Positions 1-10,823 of a stretch of DNA of 64,000 nucleotides are shown here, one piece after another. The DNA comes from Gammaproteobacteria bacterium (GTDB lineage Bacteria > Pseudomonadota > Gammaproteobacteria > CBDBBL01): NCBI GenBank assembly GCA_965203125.1, contig CBDBBL010000013.1, forward strand, positions 18,383 to 82,382, given 5' to 3'. Position 1 is the first letter of the stretch. Each line of letters starts with the position of its first letter. A model generated the notes under the pieces. The model searched no databases, was not told the origin of the DNA, and was given only the letters and a program-made list of their open reading frames with translations. The translations under genes and the position numbers were made by a program.

Positions 1-234
1 TAATTGACAAAACTTCTTCACGCCTTCATCTGCAGTAATTCGTGATCCGTTAACGGATAAGTTTAACTGAGTTGCCAACGCCAAAGGTTCTCCTAAAACA
101 ATAGACAATTGACTTTCAGTCACATAATACACTTCAAGCCCACGTTGCTGCGCTTCCAACATCAGTGCTAACGAAGTGTCTTTTTCTGCAGATAGTGTCG
201 ACAACGGTTCAATTAAAAATAAAGCCTTCATCAT
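1..234 (-). CDS. gshB: glutathione synthetase, N-terminal part (runs off window)
   Basis: Manual translation MKALFLIEPLSTLSAEKDTSLALMLEAQQRGLEVYY matches the GshB N-terminus (KDTS..M.EAQ.RG); start overlaps the gshA stop. Confidence 0.85.
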   Translation of the reverse strand, partial: MMKALFLIEPLSTLSAEKDTSLALMLEAQQRGLEVYYVTESQLSIVLGEPLALATQLNLSVNGSRITADEGVKKFCQL

Positions 235-1469
235 ACGCCCAGCGTAGTTGGGCATACTTGGCAGATTTCTTTTCCAGCAGCAAGCAATGCTAAACGTGAA
301 AGTATTTGATTAAAATATCCACGCGGCGTACTCAACTCGTCCTGTGAAATCGATTGAAATGTCATTCCACTAGCATTCAAACTATCGTACCGTCCCTTCT
401 TCTCATGTGCTCGATAAAAACCACCGATCACCTGTGAGCCCGCCATATAAATCACTGGTTCAGCCGTATGATTGTTGAACACACGATCAATACTAGCAAC
501 ACCCTCTTGAATCAACACCCGTGCTACTTGTTGTCCATTCTTTCCTGAAGACATTTTTGTACGCTTCTTACGATTCAAAGCCAACACTTGTGATGCATCT
601 GTCACCATCGTCACCGCCATACCATAAGTGCCATTATCCGACTTAATCACCACAAATGGTTTTTCTTCAATTTGATAAGATTGGTAACATTGATGAATTT
701 GCTTGAGCATGGCATCAACGCGTGCTGCCAGCTCTTCAAACCCTACTTGATGCAAAAAATCCAAGGAATCACAATGATCACTTAAACTATTTAATAGCCA
801 AGGGTCTAAATCAAATTGATCTGCAAACCGCTCAGCAAATTGACGATTATACCCAAAGTGGATGGACTTTAAGCGATTTGACCAACCCAAATGCAAAGAG
901 GGTGTCAACGGCTGCTCAAGATCCTGCAAAATATCTGGCACCACATCTGATAAATCATGATTTAATACGATTAATTCTGGATCAAAATCATCGACAAACA
1001 ATCGAGCACCTTCTCTTCGCATGCCGTGTAAACGCAAGATATTTCTCGATGGCAACGTCATATCATGACGCATCGCATCGTCACCAAAATCCTCCAACAA
1101 AGAACCCACTCGCACATCACACCCAGCTTGTTGTAAAATAGACTGTAATACAAAAACATTCTCTAAATACATGAGATTACGTGTATGATTTTCTGGCACC
1201 AATAAGACACGATGCGGCGACTGATAATACTTAACTAAATTATCTGCAATAATTTGACTAGCGTCACTTCTAGCTTGTTCATTCAAGTTATTAAATCCTG
1301 CAGGAAATAAGTTGGTGTCCACAACCGCAGCCTTGAAGCCCGAGTAACGCAAGTCCACCGAACAGTAAAAAGGAACACAGCACTGTTTAATTTGCTGGTC
1401 GAACCAAGCTTCGACCTGATCTTTTTGCTGAAATAATTGATTAATGATGGACTCGATGATTGCTGGCAT
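231..1469 (-). CDS. gshA: glutamate--cysteine ligase (GshA, alpha/beta-proteobacterial and Legionella type)
   Basis: Motifs FYCSVDLR..G.K...VDTNLFPAGFNNL, PENHTRN, KSDNGTYGM, IQEGV; adjacent to gshB. Confidence 0.92.
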   Translation of the reverse strand: MPAIIESIINQLFQQKDQVEAWFDQQIKQCCVPFYCSVDLRYSGFKAAVVDTNLFPAGFNNLNEQARSDASQIIADNLVKYYQSPHRVLLVPENHTRNLMYLENVFVLQSILQQAGCDVRVGSLLEDFGDDAMRHDMTLPSRNILRLHGMRREGARLFVDDFDPELIVLNHDLSDVVPDILQDLEQPLTPSLHLGWSNRLKSIHFGYNRQFAERFADQFDLDPWLLNSLSDHCDSLDFLHQVGFEELAARVDAMLKQIHQCYQSYQIEEKPFVVIKSDNGTYGMAVTMVTDASQVLALNRKKRTKMSSGKNGQQVARVLIQEGVASIDRVFNNHTAEPVIYMAGSQVIGGFYRAHEKKGRYDSLNASGMTFQSISQDELSTPRGYFNQILSRLALLAAGKEICQVCPTTLGV

Positions 1470-1499
1470 CTGTTTCTCTCATATTAATTATTTTTATTA

Positions 1500-1663
1500 T
1501 ATACTCGAAACAGATGGAAATGTCGATTTTCTAACACAAGGAATTCGAGTGGAATCAGATTCAGAAGCTCGAGTAATAGCATCGCTATTGGGAGAGCTTG
1601 TGGAGCTGACTTCTGCCGAATTACTGCAGTTAGAATTCGACATTTCCATCTGTTTCGAGTCTA
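1500..1663. repeat. ERIC-like palindromic miniature element, copy E1 (164 bp)
   Basis: Arms TATACTCGAAACAGATGGAAATGTCGA / TCGACATTTCCATCTGTTTCGAGTCTA (26/27 complementary); central hairpin GAGTAATAGC-ATC-GCTATTGGGA. Confidence 0.9.
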
Positions 1664-1680
1664 GTTATAATAGCCACGTT

Positions 1681-2667
1681 ATGACAAAAAAAACTGGCAT
1701 TTTAATCACGAATCTTGGCACGCCAAGCGCACCAACAAGAACTGCCGTAAAACTTTATCTACAGCAGTTTCTCTCCGACTCTCGCGTCATTCGCCTGCCA
1801 CAACTATTATGGCAACCTATTTTACGTTTACTTATACTCACCACCCGACCACAAAAAACTGCTAAGAATTATCGTAAGATTTGGCTAAAAGATGGTTCGC
1901 CATTGCTGGTGTACTCCCAAACATTAGTCAATAAGCTACAAGACCAGTTGAACTTGCAAACAACTCAGCAACAACCAGTCTGTCAACCAAGCTATCAAGT
2001 TGCTTTAGGCATGACTTATGGTAGCCCAAGTATTGAAAAAGCTTTGCAACAACTCCAACACTGTGATCAATTAATCATATTGCCTCTCTATCCGCAGTAT
2101 AGCGAAACCACCACTGCCGCAACCTTGGATGCCATAACAAGTACGTTTAAAAATCAAGTCACATTACCCAGCTTCACCTTTGTACGTGATTACTATCAAA
2201 ACACCCTCTACCTAAACGCAATTGCAAAATCCATTGAGAGCCAGTGGGTGCAACGAGGCCGCAGTCAACAGCTACTCTTTTCATTTCATGGACTACCTGT
2301 TTCTCAAATAGAGCGTGGAGATCCTTACGAAAAACAATGCCAGTACACTGCCAACAAAATTGCACAACGCCTCAAGCTCAACAACTCACAATGGCAAGTT
2401 GTCTTTCAATCTCGCTTTGGTCCTAAGCAATGGCTAACACCCAGCTGCACTGATACCTTAAAAAAACTACCATCACAAGGAATCAAATCTATCGATATCA
2501 TTTGTCCAGGGTTTGCAGTTGACTGCCTAGAAACTTTAGAAGAAATCGCTTTAAGCAGTCGAGACGTTTTTTTGCAAGCAGGCGGGGAATCCTACCATTA
2601 CATCCGTGCTCTCAACGACAATCAAACTCATATTGATTTACTCACTAACATAATCGAGAACCCATGA
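1681..2667 (+). CDS. hemH: ferrochelatase
   Basis: NLGTP, PLYPQYS, SFHGLP, FQSRFG, DCLETLEEI; homology starts at ATG 1681, not at ORF start 1444. Confidence 0.95.
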   Translation: MTKKTGILITNLGTPSAPTRTAVKLYLQQFLSDSRVIRLPQLLWQPILRLLILTTRPQKTAKNYRKIWLKDGSPLLVYSQTLVNKLQDQLNLQTTQQQPVCQPSYQVALGMTYGSPSIEKALQQLQHCDQLIILPLYPQYSETTTAATLDAITSTFKNQVTLPSFTFVRDYYQNTLYLNAIAKSIESQWVQRGRSQQLLFSFHGLPVSQIERGDPYEKQCQYTANKIAQRLKLNNSQWQVVFQSRFGPKQWLTPSCTDTLKKLPSQGIKSIDIICPGFAVDCLETLEEIALSSRDVFLQAGGESYHYIRALNDNQTHIDLLTNIIENP

Positions 2668-3260
2668 AGAACCAACTTACACAAGGTCTGCAACGATTAA
2701 AATTATCGACAACTGATGAGACATCAAATCAGTTAATCCAATACCTTGAATTGTTGCACAAATGGAATAAAACCTATAATTTAACCGCAGTAAGAGATCC
2801 TGTTGACATGGTGAGCAAGCATCTACTAGATAGTCTTGCCATCAGCCCTTATTTACATGGGAATCGCATTATCGATGTTGGCAGTGGCGCAGGATTGCCA
2901 GGCATTCCGCTGGCATGCATTCATCGTGACAAACAATTCACCTTACTGGACAGTAACGGCAAAAAAACACGCTTTATGCAACATGCTGCACGTACTTTGG
3001 CTTTACACAACATCACCATAGTACAAGAGCGCGTGGAAAAATTTCAGTCGCAAGAACCCTTTGATTCAATCACATGTCGCGCCTTCGCTTCTTTAGAAAA
3101 AATCAAAACACTAACGAGCCATTTATTATCAAGCAATGGTAAAATATTAGCGATGAAAGGAGAAGAAGAGCTCACTAACAACGATGAGTGGAAAACCATT
3201 CAGCTTGATGTACCCTATTTAGCTGCCCAACGTCATGTCATGATATTAGGAGGCATATAA
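2664..3260 (+). CDS. rsmG: 16S rRNA m7G527 methyltransferase
   Basis: WNKTYNLTA, HLLDSL, DVGSGAGLPGIPLA, CRAF. Confidence 0.95.
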   Translation: MKNQLTQGLQRLKLSTTDETSNQLIQYLELLHKWNKTYNLTAVRDPVDMVSKHLLDSLAISPYLHGNRIIDVGSGAGLPGIPLACIHRDKQFTLLDSNGKKTRFMQHAARTLALHNITIVQERVEKFQSQEPFDSITCRAFASLEKIKTLTSHLLSSNGKILAMKGEEELTNNDEWKTIQLDVPYLAAQRHVMILGGI

Positions 3261-3345
3261 AACAACTTCCTTAGCAACTTGATATCACCCCACTTTCCAG
3301 CGATAATTCACGCATTCAAACTGAAGGCTCATTGAAGTTAACGTT

Positions 3346-4182
3346 ATGCTCAAAAAAGTCATCGCGATTACCAACCAAAAAGGTGGCGTGGGTAAAACAA
3401 CCACAGCAGTCAACCTGGCTGCATCATTTGCCGCTATCAAAAAACATACCTTATTAATCGACCTCGACCCGCAGGGTAACGCAACTGTGGGCAGTGGCTT
3501 ATCCAAATCAGAGCTAACTCATAGTGTCACCGAGTTATTACTCAAGGAATCAACCACTGAGCAAGTACTCCAATCGTGTGAGGCAGGTTATGATATTCTA
3601 CCCACTAATGGTGATTTAACCGTTGCAGAAGTTCGGTTACTTCAACAAGACAACCGTGAATACGCATTGAAACAAGCATTGGCAACGTTAGAGCATGAGT
3701 ATGATTTTATCCTAATTGACTGCCCGCCCTCACTCAACATGCTCACCATCAATGCACTGGTTGCTTCTCACAGTGTTTTAATTCCCATGCAATGCGAATA
3801 TTTCGCCCTTGAAGGATTAAAAGCACTCCTAGATACCATTAGGGAACTCCAACAAACCGTTAATCAAACACTCTCTATTGAAGGGTTGCTACGCACACTC
3901 TATGATGGTCGTAACAATCTCACTCAACAAGTATCCGAGCAACTGTTTACACACTTTGGCGATCAAGTCTATCAAACAGTCATTCCACGCAATGTACGCT
4001 TAGCAGAAGCACCGAGCCATGGAAAACCTGCGTTAACGTATGATAAAAACTCACAAGGTGCTCAAGCTTATCTAGCATTGGCTATGGAAATCATCCGTCA
4101 CATTGAATCAACCAATCCATCAAACAAAGAAAAAGGGCAGGATACCTTATACCCATCATCTTTCAAGAAATCGGAATTTTAA
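3346..4182 (+). CDS. parA: chromosome partitioning ATPase ParA/Soj
   Basis: NQKGGVGKTTT, DLDPQGNAT, DCPPSL, IPRNVRLAEAPSHG. Confidence 0.95.
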   Translation: MLKKVIAITNQKGGVGKTTTAVNLAASFAAIKKHTLLIDLDPQGNATVGSGLSKSELTHSVTELLLKESTTEQVLQSCEAGYDILPTNGDLTVAEVRLLQQDNREYALKQALATLEHEYDFILIDCPPSLNMLTINALVASHSVLIPMQCEYFALEGLKALLDTIRELQQTVNQTLSIEGLLRTLYDGRNNLTQQVSEQLFTHFGDQVYQTVIPRNVRLAEAPSHGKPALTYDKNSQGAQAYLALAMEIIRHIESTNPSNKEKGQDTLYPSSFKKSEF

Positions 4183-4310
4183 CAACATGATTTATTGTGG
4201 AATTGAATTTAAAAAGCTGAGCAATAGCAAGCTATTGGGAAGACTTTTAAATTTTAATTGCACCAAAATCATGCCGTTAAAAACCGGATTCTTGAAAGAT
4301 GATGGGTATA
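4148..4310. repeat. ERIC-like palindromic miniature element, copy E2 (163 bp)
   Basis: 22-bp perfect arms TATACCCATCATCTTTCAAGAA / TTCTTGAAAGATGATGGGTATA; centre GAGCAATAGC-AA-GCTATTGGGA; contains the parA stop. Confidence 0.9.
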
Positions 4311-4331
4311 AAAAACACAAGGAGCATGCAG

Positions 4332-5225
4332 ATGACTAAACGACATGGCTTAGGAAAAGGACTAAGTTCAATGGGCGTGGGAGAATTACTCAGCCACGTT
4401 AATCGTCCAGCAACACCACATACCAATGCAAGCAACCTGCTGAATGTCGATTTATTACAACGCGGTCAATATCAACCTCGTAAAGACATGAATTATGAGG
4501 CCTTAGAAGAGTTATCACAGTCCATCAAGTCTCAAGGCATTATTCAGCCAATCATTGTGCGCCCCCTAACTAATCAGCCTGAGAATAAACAGTACGAAAT
4601 TATCGCTGGGGAACGTCGTTGGCAGGCAGCCAAGTTGGCAGGATTACCACAAGTACCCGTTATTATACGTGATCTTACTGACGAAGCAGCCATGGCCATG
4701 GCACTGATTGAGAATATTCAACGCGAAGACTTAAATGCCATCGAAGAAGCCACCGCACTCGCTCGGTTATTAAATGAATTTGATTTAACCCATCAGGAAA
4801 TTGCTGATCATGTAGGAAAATCACGTACTACAGTAACCAACCTACTACGCCTATTAACGCTCAATGATTCAGTCAAAAAGCTGGTTGAACATGGTGATTT
4901 GAGTGCAGGACATGCCAAAGTATTACTGGCACTACCCGATGATAAACAGCAAGTGATTGCCAAACAAGTCGTGAGTCAAAACTTATCCGTACGTGATACA
5001 GAAAAACTCATTAAGCGGCTGAACCAATCAAAACCCTTAACCGAACCTACATCCTCTCAAGAACACGACACCGAAGCTACTTCACTAAAAGCATTGGAAA
5101 CGTCATTACAACAGACTTTAAATACAAAGGTACAAATTAAAACTGGGCGTGATGGGGGCGGTCAAATTGTGTTGCATTATGAGAATGAAGAAACTATGCG
5201 AAAGCTATATGCTCAACTCACGTAG
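4332..5225 (+). CDS. parB: chromosome partitioning protein ParB
   Basis: GLGKGL, YQPRK, GIIQPI, IAGERRWQAA, ENIQREDLN; AAGGAG 7 nt upstream of ATG 4332. Confidence 0.95.
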   Translation: MTKRHGLGKGLSSMGVGELLSHVNRPATPHTNASNLLNVDLLQRGQYQPRKDMNYEALEELSQSIKSQGIIQPIIVRPLTNQPENKQYEIIAGERRWQAAKLAGLPQVPVIIRDLTDEAAMAMALIENIQREDLNAIEEATALARLLNEFDLTHQEIADHVGKSRTTVTNLLRLLTLNDSVKKLVEHGDLSAGHAKVLLALPDDKQQVIAKQVVSQNLSVRDTEKLIKRLNQSKPLTEPTSSQEHDTEATSLKALETSLQQTLNTKVQIKTGRDGGGQIVLHYENEETMRKLYAQLT

Positions 5226-5365
5226 CAACACACTAAACCTAAAAGTCACAACATATCATATAATTACAAACTAATTCACACATCGCACCCTACCTTGGTT
5301 AATGTGGTCTATACTTGGACTGTGAGAGGATGAGAACTAAACTCTCTGACTGTAAGGAGTGTGTT

Positions 5366-5774
5366 ATGAAAAATGGGTTTTATACCAATAAGGTACTAGT
5401 GGCTTCCGCGATGATTCTAGCGAGTACAGTTGCGATTTCTGGAGTTAGCGTGAACATAACTGCAACCAATAAAGACGCAGGTAAAAAATGTCTGCTTTCA
5501 CCCAGAAAGCCTCCACTCAAAACATCAAAAGGTCTTTAAACATACCTCATTCAGTAGTAATCAAGCTACCACCACCTTGGAAGACATTGCCCCCAACGCA
5601 CCTATTGTTATTTATAAATGTGCTGGTATTTTGAAACATGATTTTGCAAGTAAACTCCGGTATAAAGCACCGTCGAATGATGGTGAAACTGGGTTCATCC
5701 ACATTGAAGTTGGCAAGAAGTTTCACATGAAGCATATCAGTAATAGCAGCAACATTCAGATTGACAACACTTAA
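5366..5774 (+). CDS. putative exported small protein (~135 aa), split by one extra base in the A6 run at 5483-5488
   Basis: TAAGGAG RBS; signal-peptide-like KVLVASAMILASTVAISG; removing one A joins ORFs 5315..5539 and 5577..5774 into one open frame. Confidence 0.6.
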
Positions 5775-5810
5775 GTGGTGCATATATGATCCCAAGTCGA
5801 GGAGAGTATA

Positions 5811-7001
5811 ATGAAACTAGTAGTCGTAGAGCTATTTGCTAAACCAAGCGTACAGCAAGAAACCGTAACTCGATTACAACGTCGAGAAAGAAGATTATCT
5901 ACAGTTTCCACGCCAACAGAAAGCACACAAGGAGGAGTAGCATTCGCCAGCACAGATCAACTTGCTGATGCCTTAGGACAATCTAGTGAAACGATAACTT
6001 CGCCTATTGAAGGAACAGTAACGGCGGCCAGTAGAGCACAAGAAACATATAGTAGTCTACAAAGAATGCAGGCTGCCATTGACGGAACCGAATATACACA
6101 TTGCATCAGAAATCATCATACAAACTTTCCACGGTATACACCTTGGAGATACCAACACACCCCCATACATACTCAAGTATTTAAGCTCGCCATTCCAGGC
6201 ATTGCGATGACTACAGCTGCTGTAACATGTAGCATCCTTTTTATTGGATCACTATCAACTTACCTCGCGGCTATTGGTGGTTCGGTTGGCATCACCCTCT
6301 TGGCAATACCACTAAGAAGGTTAAGCGGAAACACTCAGACAGCACTCAATGCAAATGGTGCTGCTAGCGCATTATACCAACAAAGTAGCATGATGCACTT
6401 CCCAACAGCAAGCTACCGACAATCGCCAATTGTAGACTCACTTGGAATACAGCAACAAGGGCGTCACTGGGAAATTTATCCACCCACTACCTCTCGATGG
6501 ATACCATTAGCTCCGCTATTAAAACAATCGGGATATAATTATAATTCAAGAAATATGAATCTAGCAGCAGATGACCCATTAAAAATATGGCGAACGTATC
6601 GACACGTAGCAAATCCTTTTAGGGATGGAGTGCGCCTATTAATTGTCATGAAAAACCCAAACAACATGGATTGCCGTGAACTATATTTCCACACTGAAAC
6701 TGTCAGCTCAAGTTGGAGTAGCGATGATATCATGCAATATGCACAACAAACATGGGAAAGAATATGGCATCACTGGTATGATCCTTCCTCACAAACAGCA
6801 AACACCCACCTACTAGAACAACAAGATCAAGCACCTGACTTTATATCCACTGTTGCAGAAAATGCTACTATAGACTTTGAAGCATTCTCCCAATACTCTG
6901 ATCCTAGAGCACTAGCGAGCGAAGAAATTGCACCATCACCATTAGCACAAACCGAAGGACTACCTCCCGTTGATTCTAATTCTGAAAGCGACTCAATCTA
7001 A
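5811..7001 (+). CDS. hypothetical protein with two central hydrophobic helices and an acidic S/P-rich tail
   Basis: 396-aa ORF with GAGGAG RBS; no family recognised. Confidence 0.7.
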   Translation: MKLVVVELFAKPSVQQETVTRLQRRERRLSTVSTPTESTQGGVAFASTDQLADALGQSSETITSPIEGTVTAASRAQETYSSLQRMQAAIDGTEYTHCIRNHHTNFPRYTPWRYQHTPIHTQVFKLAIPGIAMTTAAVTCSILFIGSLSTYLAAIGGSVGITLLAIPLRRLSGNTQTALNANGAASALYQQSSMMHFPTASYRQSPIVDSLGIQQQGRHWEIYPPTTSRWIPLAPLLKQSGYNYNSRNMNLAADDPLKIWRTYRHVANPFRDGVRLLIVMKNPNNMDCRELYFHTETVSSSWSSDDIMQYAQQTWERIWHHWYDPSSQTANTHLLEQQDQAPDFISTVAENATIDFEAFSQYSDPRALASEEIAPSPLAQTEGLPPVDSNSESDSI

Positions 7002-7006
7002 GTAAC

Positions 7007-8452
7007 TCACCCCACCCGTAACACCTTCATCGCATTCGACCCACCATCAACACCTTGTTGATCCCCCTTGGTTAAAATCACTAACTGGTCTTGCTGGATG
7101 AACTGATGCGCCCTCAATACTTCAATAGCCGCCTGATTTAGTTGTTCTCTCGCGATTGAGGTTGCGTCAAACCTCATCGGATAAACACCACGATACAAAG
7201 TCATCTTACCCCTTGAAGTAGCATTACGACTTAAACCAAAAATAGGAATACAAGTACGAATACGCGACATCCATAAAGGTGTTTTACCTGACTCGGTCAG
7301 TGCAATAATAGCAGCGATGCCTAAGTGATTCGCCGTATACATCGTTGCCATTGCAATCGCTTCATCAACACGTTCAAATTGGCACTCAACACGGTGACGA
7401 GAAACTTGTGTGCTCGGCTGTTTTTCCGCACTGACACAGATTTCACTCATCGCCTTAACAACTACAGATGGATGCTTACCGGCTGCCGTTTCTGCCGATA
7501 ACATCACCGCATCCGTTCCATCCAAAACTGAATTAGCGACATCAGAAACTTCTGCACGTGTTGGCACAGGGTTCTCTATCATCGACTCCATCATTTGTGT
7601 TGCTGTAATCACTGGGCGATCTAAACTGCGTGCAACACGAATCATGCGCTTTTGTGCGGCTGGCACTTCTACCGCGCCAATTTCCAATGCCAAATCACCA
7701 CGAGCCACCATAATTCCATCAGATGCCACAATAATATCTTCAATGCAATCCAAAGCTTCAGCACGTTCTATCTTTGCAATAATACCGATATCCGAGCGAG
7801 TACCTAACTGGGCATCTGCTTTCTGGATCAGTTGTTGTGCTTCTTTGATATCTGCTGTATTTCTTACAAAAGACAAAGCAATATAATTGACCTGCTGCGC
7901 TACTGCCAAGCGTAAATCAGCACGATCTTTATCGGTCAAGGCACCTGCGGATAATCCTCCACCAGCACGATTAATGCCTTTATGATTAGATAAACAACCA
8001 CCATTAATCACTTCACAATGAATCTGCGTATTCTTCACCCTCACAACTTTCATGCTTAACAAGCCGTCGTTAAGCAGTAGCGTATCTCCTGTAAATACAT
8101 CTTGATGTAACTGTTGATAGTCAACACCCACAATCGTTTGGTCTCCTGCATCAACAGGATGGGCCGTATCTAAAATGAATGATTGACCGACACTTAACTC
8201 AACCTGACTGTTCCTAAAACAAGCCACACGAATCTTTGGCCCTTGCAAATCAGCAAGAATACCCACCTCGATGGCAAGCTCAGCACACAATTTTCGTACT
8301 GCTTGAATACGATTGATATGATCCTGATGCGTGCCATGTGAAAAATTCAAACGTACCACATTCACGCCAGCCAACAACATAGCCTTGAGCTCACCTTCAC
8401 GATCACTAGCAGGACCCAAAGTTGCAACAATTTTAGTTCTTCTTAACATCAT
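7007..8452 (-). CDS. pyk: pyruvate kinase
   Basis: RRTKIVATLGPA, RLNFSHG, DLQGPKIR, MVARGDL, TATQMMESM, DAVMLSAETA. Confidence 0.97.
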   Translation of the reverse strand: MMLRRTKIVATLGPASDREGELKAMLLAGVNVVRLNFSHGTHQDHINRIQAVRKLCAELAIEVGILADLQGPKIRVACFRNSQVELSVGQSFILDTAHPVDAGDQTIVGVDYQQLHQDVFTGDTLLLNDGLLSMKVVRVKNTQIHCEVINGGCLSNHKGINRAGGGLSAGALTDKDRADLRLAVAQQVNYIALSFVRNTADIKEAQQLIQKADAQLGTRSDIGIIAKIERAEALDCIEDIIVASDGIMVARGDLALEIGAVEVPAAQKRMIRVARSLDRPVITATQMMESMIENPVPTRAEVSDVANSVLDGTDAVMLSAETAAGKHPSVVVKAMSEICVSAEKQPSTQVSRHRVECQFERVDEAIAMATMYTANHLGIAAIIALTESGKTPLWMSRIRTCIPIFGLSRNATSRGKMTLYRGVYPMRFDATSIAREQLNQAAIEVLRAHQFIQQDQLVILTKGDQQGVDGGSNAMKVLRVG

Positions 8453-9649
8453 TTATACTCTTTCATTCAAAATCGCTATTCCAGGCAGTGTTTTCCCTTC
8501 AATCATTTCTAAGAAAGCACCACCTGCCGTTGAAATATAATCAATCTGCTGAGCAATCTGAAATTGATCGATTGCCGCTATCGTATCGCCACCACCAGCT
8601 ACTGAGAAACCCTCATTATCGGCGATCAATTGTGCCAATTGTTGTGTGCCTTGAGAAAAAACTGGTTTTTCAAACACACCCACAGGACCGTTCCATAAAA
8701 TAGTGCTTGCCTGCTGCAGGTAAGGCTTTAACTGGGCAACACTCTGCATGCCAATATCCAGAATCATTTCATTGGCTTGCACCGTGGTATTTTTTAAATT
8801 AATCATACGCACCGTCGCCTCATCATCTAAGGATTGCGCCACAACCACATCTTTAGGTAAAGGCATCTTCACTTTTTTTGCTTGAGCTTGCCCCAAGATG
8901 TCTTTAGCCATCTCTATCAAATCAGGCTCATAAAGCGATGCACCTACATCAACCCCCGTTGCTGCCAAAAAAGTATTCGCAATGCCGCCGCCAACAATCA
9001 GCACATCCACTTTATCCAATAAATGAGTCAACACACTCAGCTTGCTACTCACCTTTGATCCCCCCACGATCGCAACCGTCGGCTTGCAAGGAGCTTGCAG
9101 TATTTTATTCAACGCTTGTAATTCTTGCATCAACAACAAACCTGCACAAGCAATAGGAGCAAACTGAGCTAAACCAACCACCGAAGCATGTGCGCGATGA
9201 CTGTTAGCAAAAGCATCCATCACAAAAACATCTGCTAATGCTGCCAATTGCTTCGCAAAAGCATCATCATTACTGGTTTCCCCAGCAAAAAAACGGATAT
9301 TCTCTAATAAAATGAGTTGCTGATATTGCCCTGCGTGATGAATATCATTTGCCTTGCTTTGTGCTTCTTCAATGGTTTTAACTAAAGTGACGGGCACATT
9401 AAGCTGATCACTCAACGCAGTTGCAACGGGCTGTAAAGATAACCCGATATTGTCTTCACCGACAACAGGTCGACCCAGATGCGAAATCACGGTTACAATC
9501 GCTTGCTGCGACAGCGCATGTTGGATTGTGGGTAATGCTGCTTTAATTCGTGCATCAGATGTAATCTTTCCTTGTGCTAAAGGCACATTTAGGTCTTCAC
9601 GGATGACAACTCGTTGATGCGCTAATGCAACAGATTTGATATCTAACAT
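8453..9649 (-). CDS. pgk: phosphoglycerate kinase
   Basis: [40 protein letters not shown]; likely start ATG 9649. Confidence 0.97.
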   Translation of the reverse strand: MLDIKSVALAHQRVVIREDLNVPLAQGKITSDARIKAALPTIQHALSQQAIVTVISHLGRPVVGEDNIGLSLQPVATALSDQLNVPVTLVKTIEEAQSKANDIHHAGQYQQLILLENIRFFAGETSNDDAFAKQLAALADVFVMDAFANSHRAHASVVGLAQFAPIACAGLLLMQELQALNKILQAPCKPTVAIVGGSKVSSKLSVLTHLLDKVDVLIVGGGIANTFLAATGVDVGASLYEPDLIEMAKDILGQAQAKKVKMPLPKDVVVAQSLDDEATVRMINLKNTTVQANEMILDIGMQSVAQLKPYLQQASTILWNGPVGVFEKPVFSQGTQQLAQLIADNEGFSVAGGGDTIAAIDQFQIAQQIDYISTAGGAFLEMIEGKTLPGIAILNERV

Positions 9650-10647
9650 GTCATCATAACTTGTGCTGTTCTCAACATTTGGTTTGAAAAACCCCATTCA
9701 TTATCGTACCAAGAAAAAACTTTCACCGTATTGCCCAATACCTTAGTTTGCGTCGCATCAAAAATTGACGCTTCAATCGTATGATTAAAATCCATCGATA
9801 CTAATGGTCGCTCATTATACCCCAAAACACCTTTAGATTGTGCAGAAGCTTGTTTCATCAACCCATTAATCTCATCAACTGTCGTATTGCGTTGAGCAGT
9901 AAAGGTTAAATCAACCACGGACACATTGATCGTAGGCACACGAATTGCCAAACCATCTAACTTACCAGCCAGTTCTGGCAGTACCAACCCAACCGCTTTA
10001 GCAGCACCTGTTGTCGATGGAATCATCGATTGTGTTGCACTACGCGCACGACGCATGTCTTTATGCGGTACATCCAGTAAATTTTGATCGTTCGTATAGG
10101 CATGTACTGTATTCACCAACCCGTTATCAATTCCAATCGCATCGTTTAAAACTTTTGCGACAGGTGCTAAACAATTAGTCGTACAAGAAGCATTGGAAAC
10201 AATATCATCTGTCGCCGTCAATACTTGATGATTAACCCCATAAACAATCGTTGGTAAGTCATTACCAGCAGGCGCAGAAATTAATACTTTCTTTGCACCT
10301 TGTTGCAAATGAATGGCGGCTTTTTCTTTACTCGCATATTTTCCCGTACATTCCAACACCACGTCGACATCATGCTTTCCCCAATCAATTTCAGCAACAT
10401 TACGGGTGGTATAGCGGTGAATATGATCACCATCAATCACTAAATCTTCGTGCTCTTGATCAATCTCAACTTCATGAGTGAAACGTCCATGCGTGCTATC
10501 ATAACGAGTCAAATGGGCACTGACCTCTAAATCAGCAACATCATTAATGGCAACAATCTGCATGTGTTGGCGGAAACTGGACTCATAGAGTGAACGCAAC
10601 ACATTGCGCCCGATACGTCCATAACCATTAATTGCTAAACGAATCAT
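9643..10647 (-). CDS. gap: type I glyceraldehyde-3-phosphate dehydrogenase
   Basis: [33 protein letters not shown]; gap-pgk-pyk operon (epd not fully excluded). Confidence 0.88.
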   Translation of the reverse strand: MIRLAINGYGRIGRNVLRSLYESSFRQHMQIVAINDVADLEVSAHLTRYDSTHGRFTHEVEIDQEHEDLVIDGDHIHRYTTRNVAEIDWGKHDVDVVLECTGKYASKEKAAIHLQQGAKKVLISAPAGNDLPTIVYGVNHQVLTATDDIVSNASCTTNCLAPVAKVLNDAIGIDNGLVNTVHAYTNDQNLLDVPHKDMRRARSATQSMIPSTTGAAKAVGLVLPELAGKLDGLAIRVPTINVSVVDLTFTAQRNTTVDEINGLMKQASAQSKGVLGYNERPLVSMDFNHTIEASIFDATQTKVLGNTVKVFSWYDNEWGFSNQMLRTAQVMMTC

Positions 10648-10672
10648 GCAATCTCCTTAAAATTAAAGATAT

Positions 10673-10766
10673 TAGGGGATGTGCATGAAATAACTTCCAC
10701 AACTGATCACCTAAAATGAATTCATTTTATACGCCAGTTGCTGAAGTTATTTCATGCACATCCCTA
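10673..10766. repeat. 94-bp nested palindrome (possible MITE), unrelated to the ERIC-like family
   Basis: GGGATGTGCATGAAATAACTTC ... GAAGTTATTTCATGCACATCCC arms, inner CAACTG/CAGTTG, centre TAAAATGAATTCATTTTA, TA at both ends. Confidence 0.85.
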
Positions 10767-10823
10767 GGATTTTAAGTCAGTTGCGCTATAATTGCGAGTT
10801 CTTAACAAAACAATACCTCACCT

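Noticed and set aside
722-1141. 139-aa plus-strand ORF and the many other short ORFs overlapping identified genes
   Set aside because: Antisense or alternate-frame shadows of well-supported genes with no recognisable motifs.
1444-1680. 79-aa N-terminal extension of HemH in the ORF track
   Set aside because: It reads through palindrome E1 and overlaps the gshA start on the other strand; homology begins at 1681.
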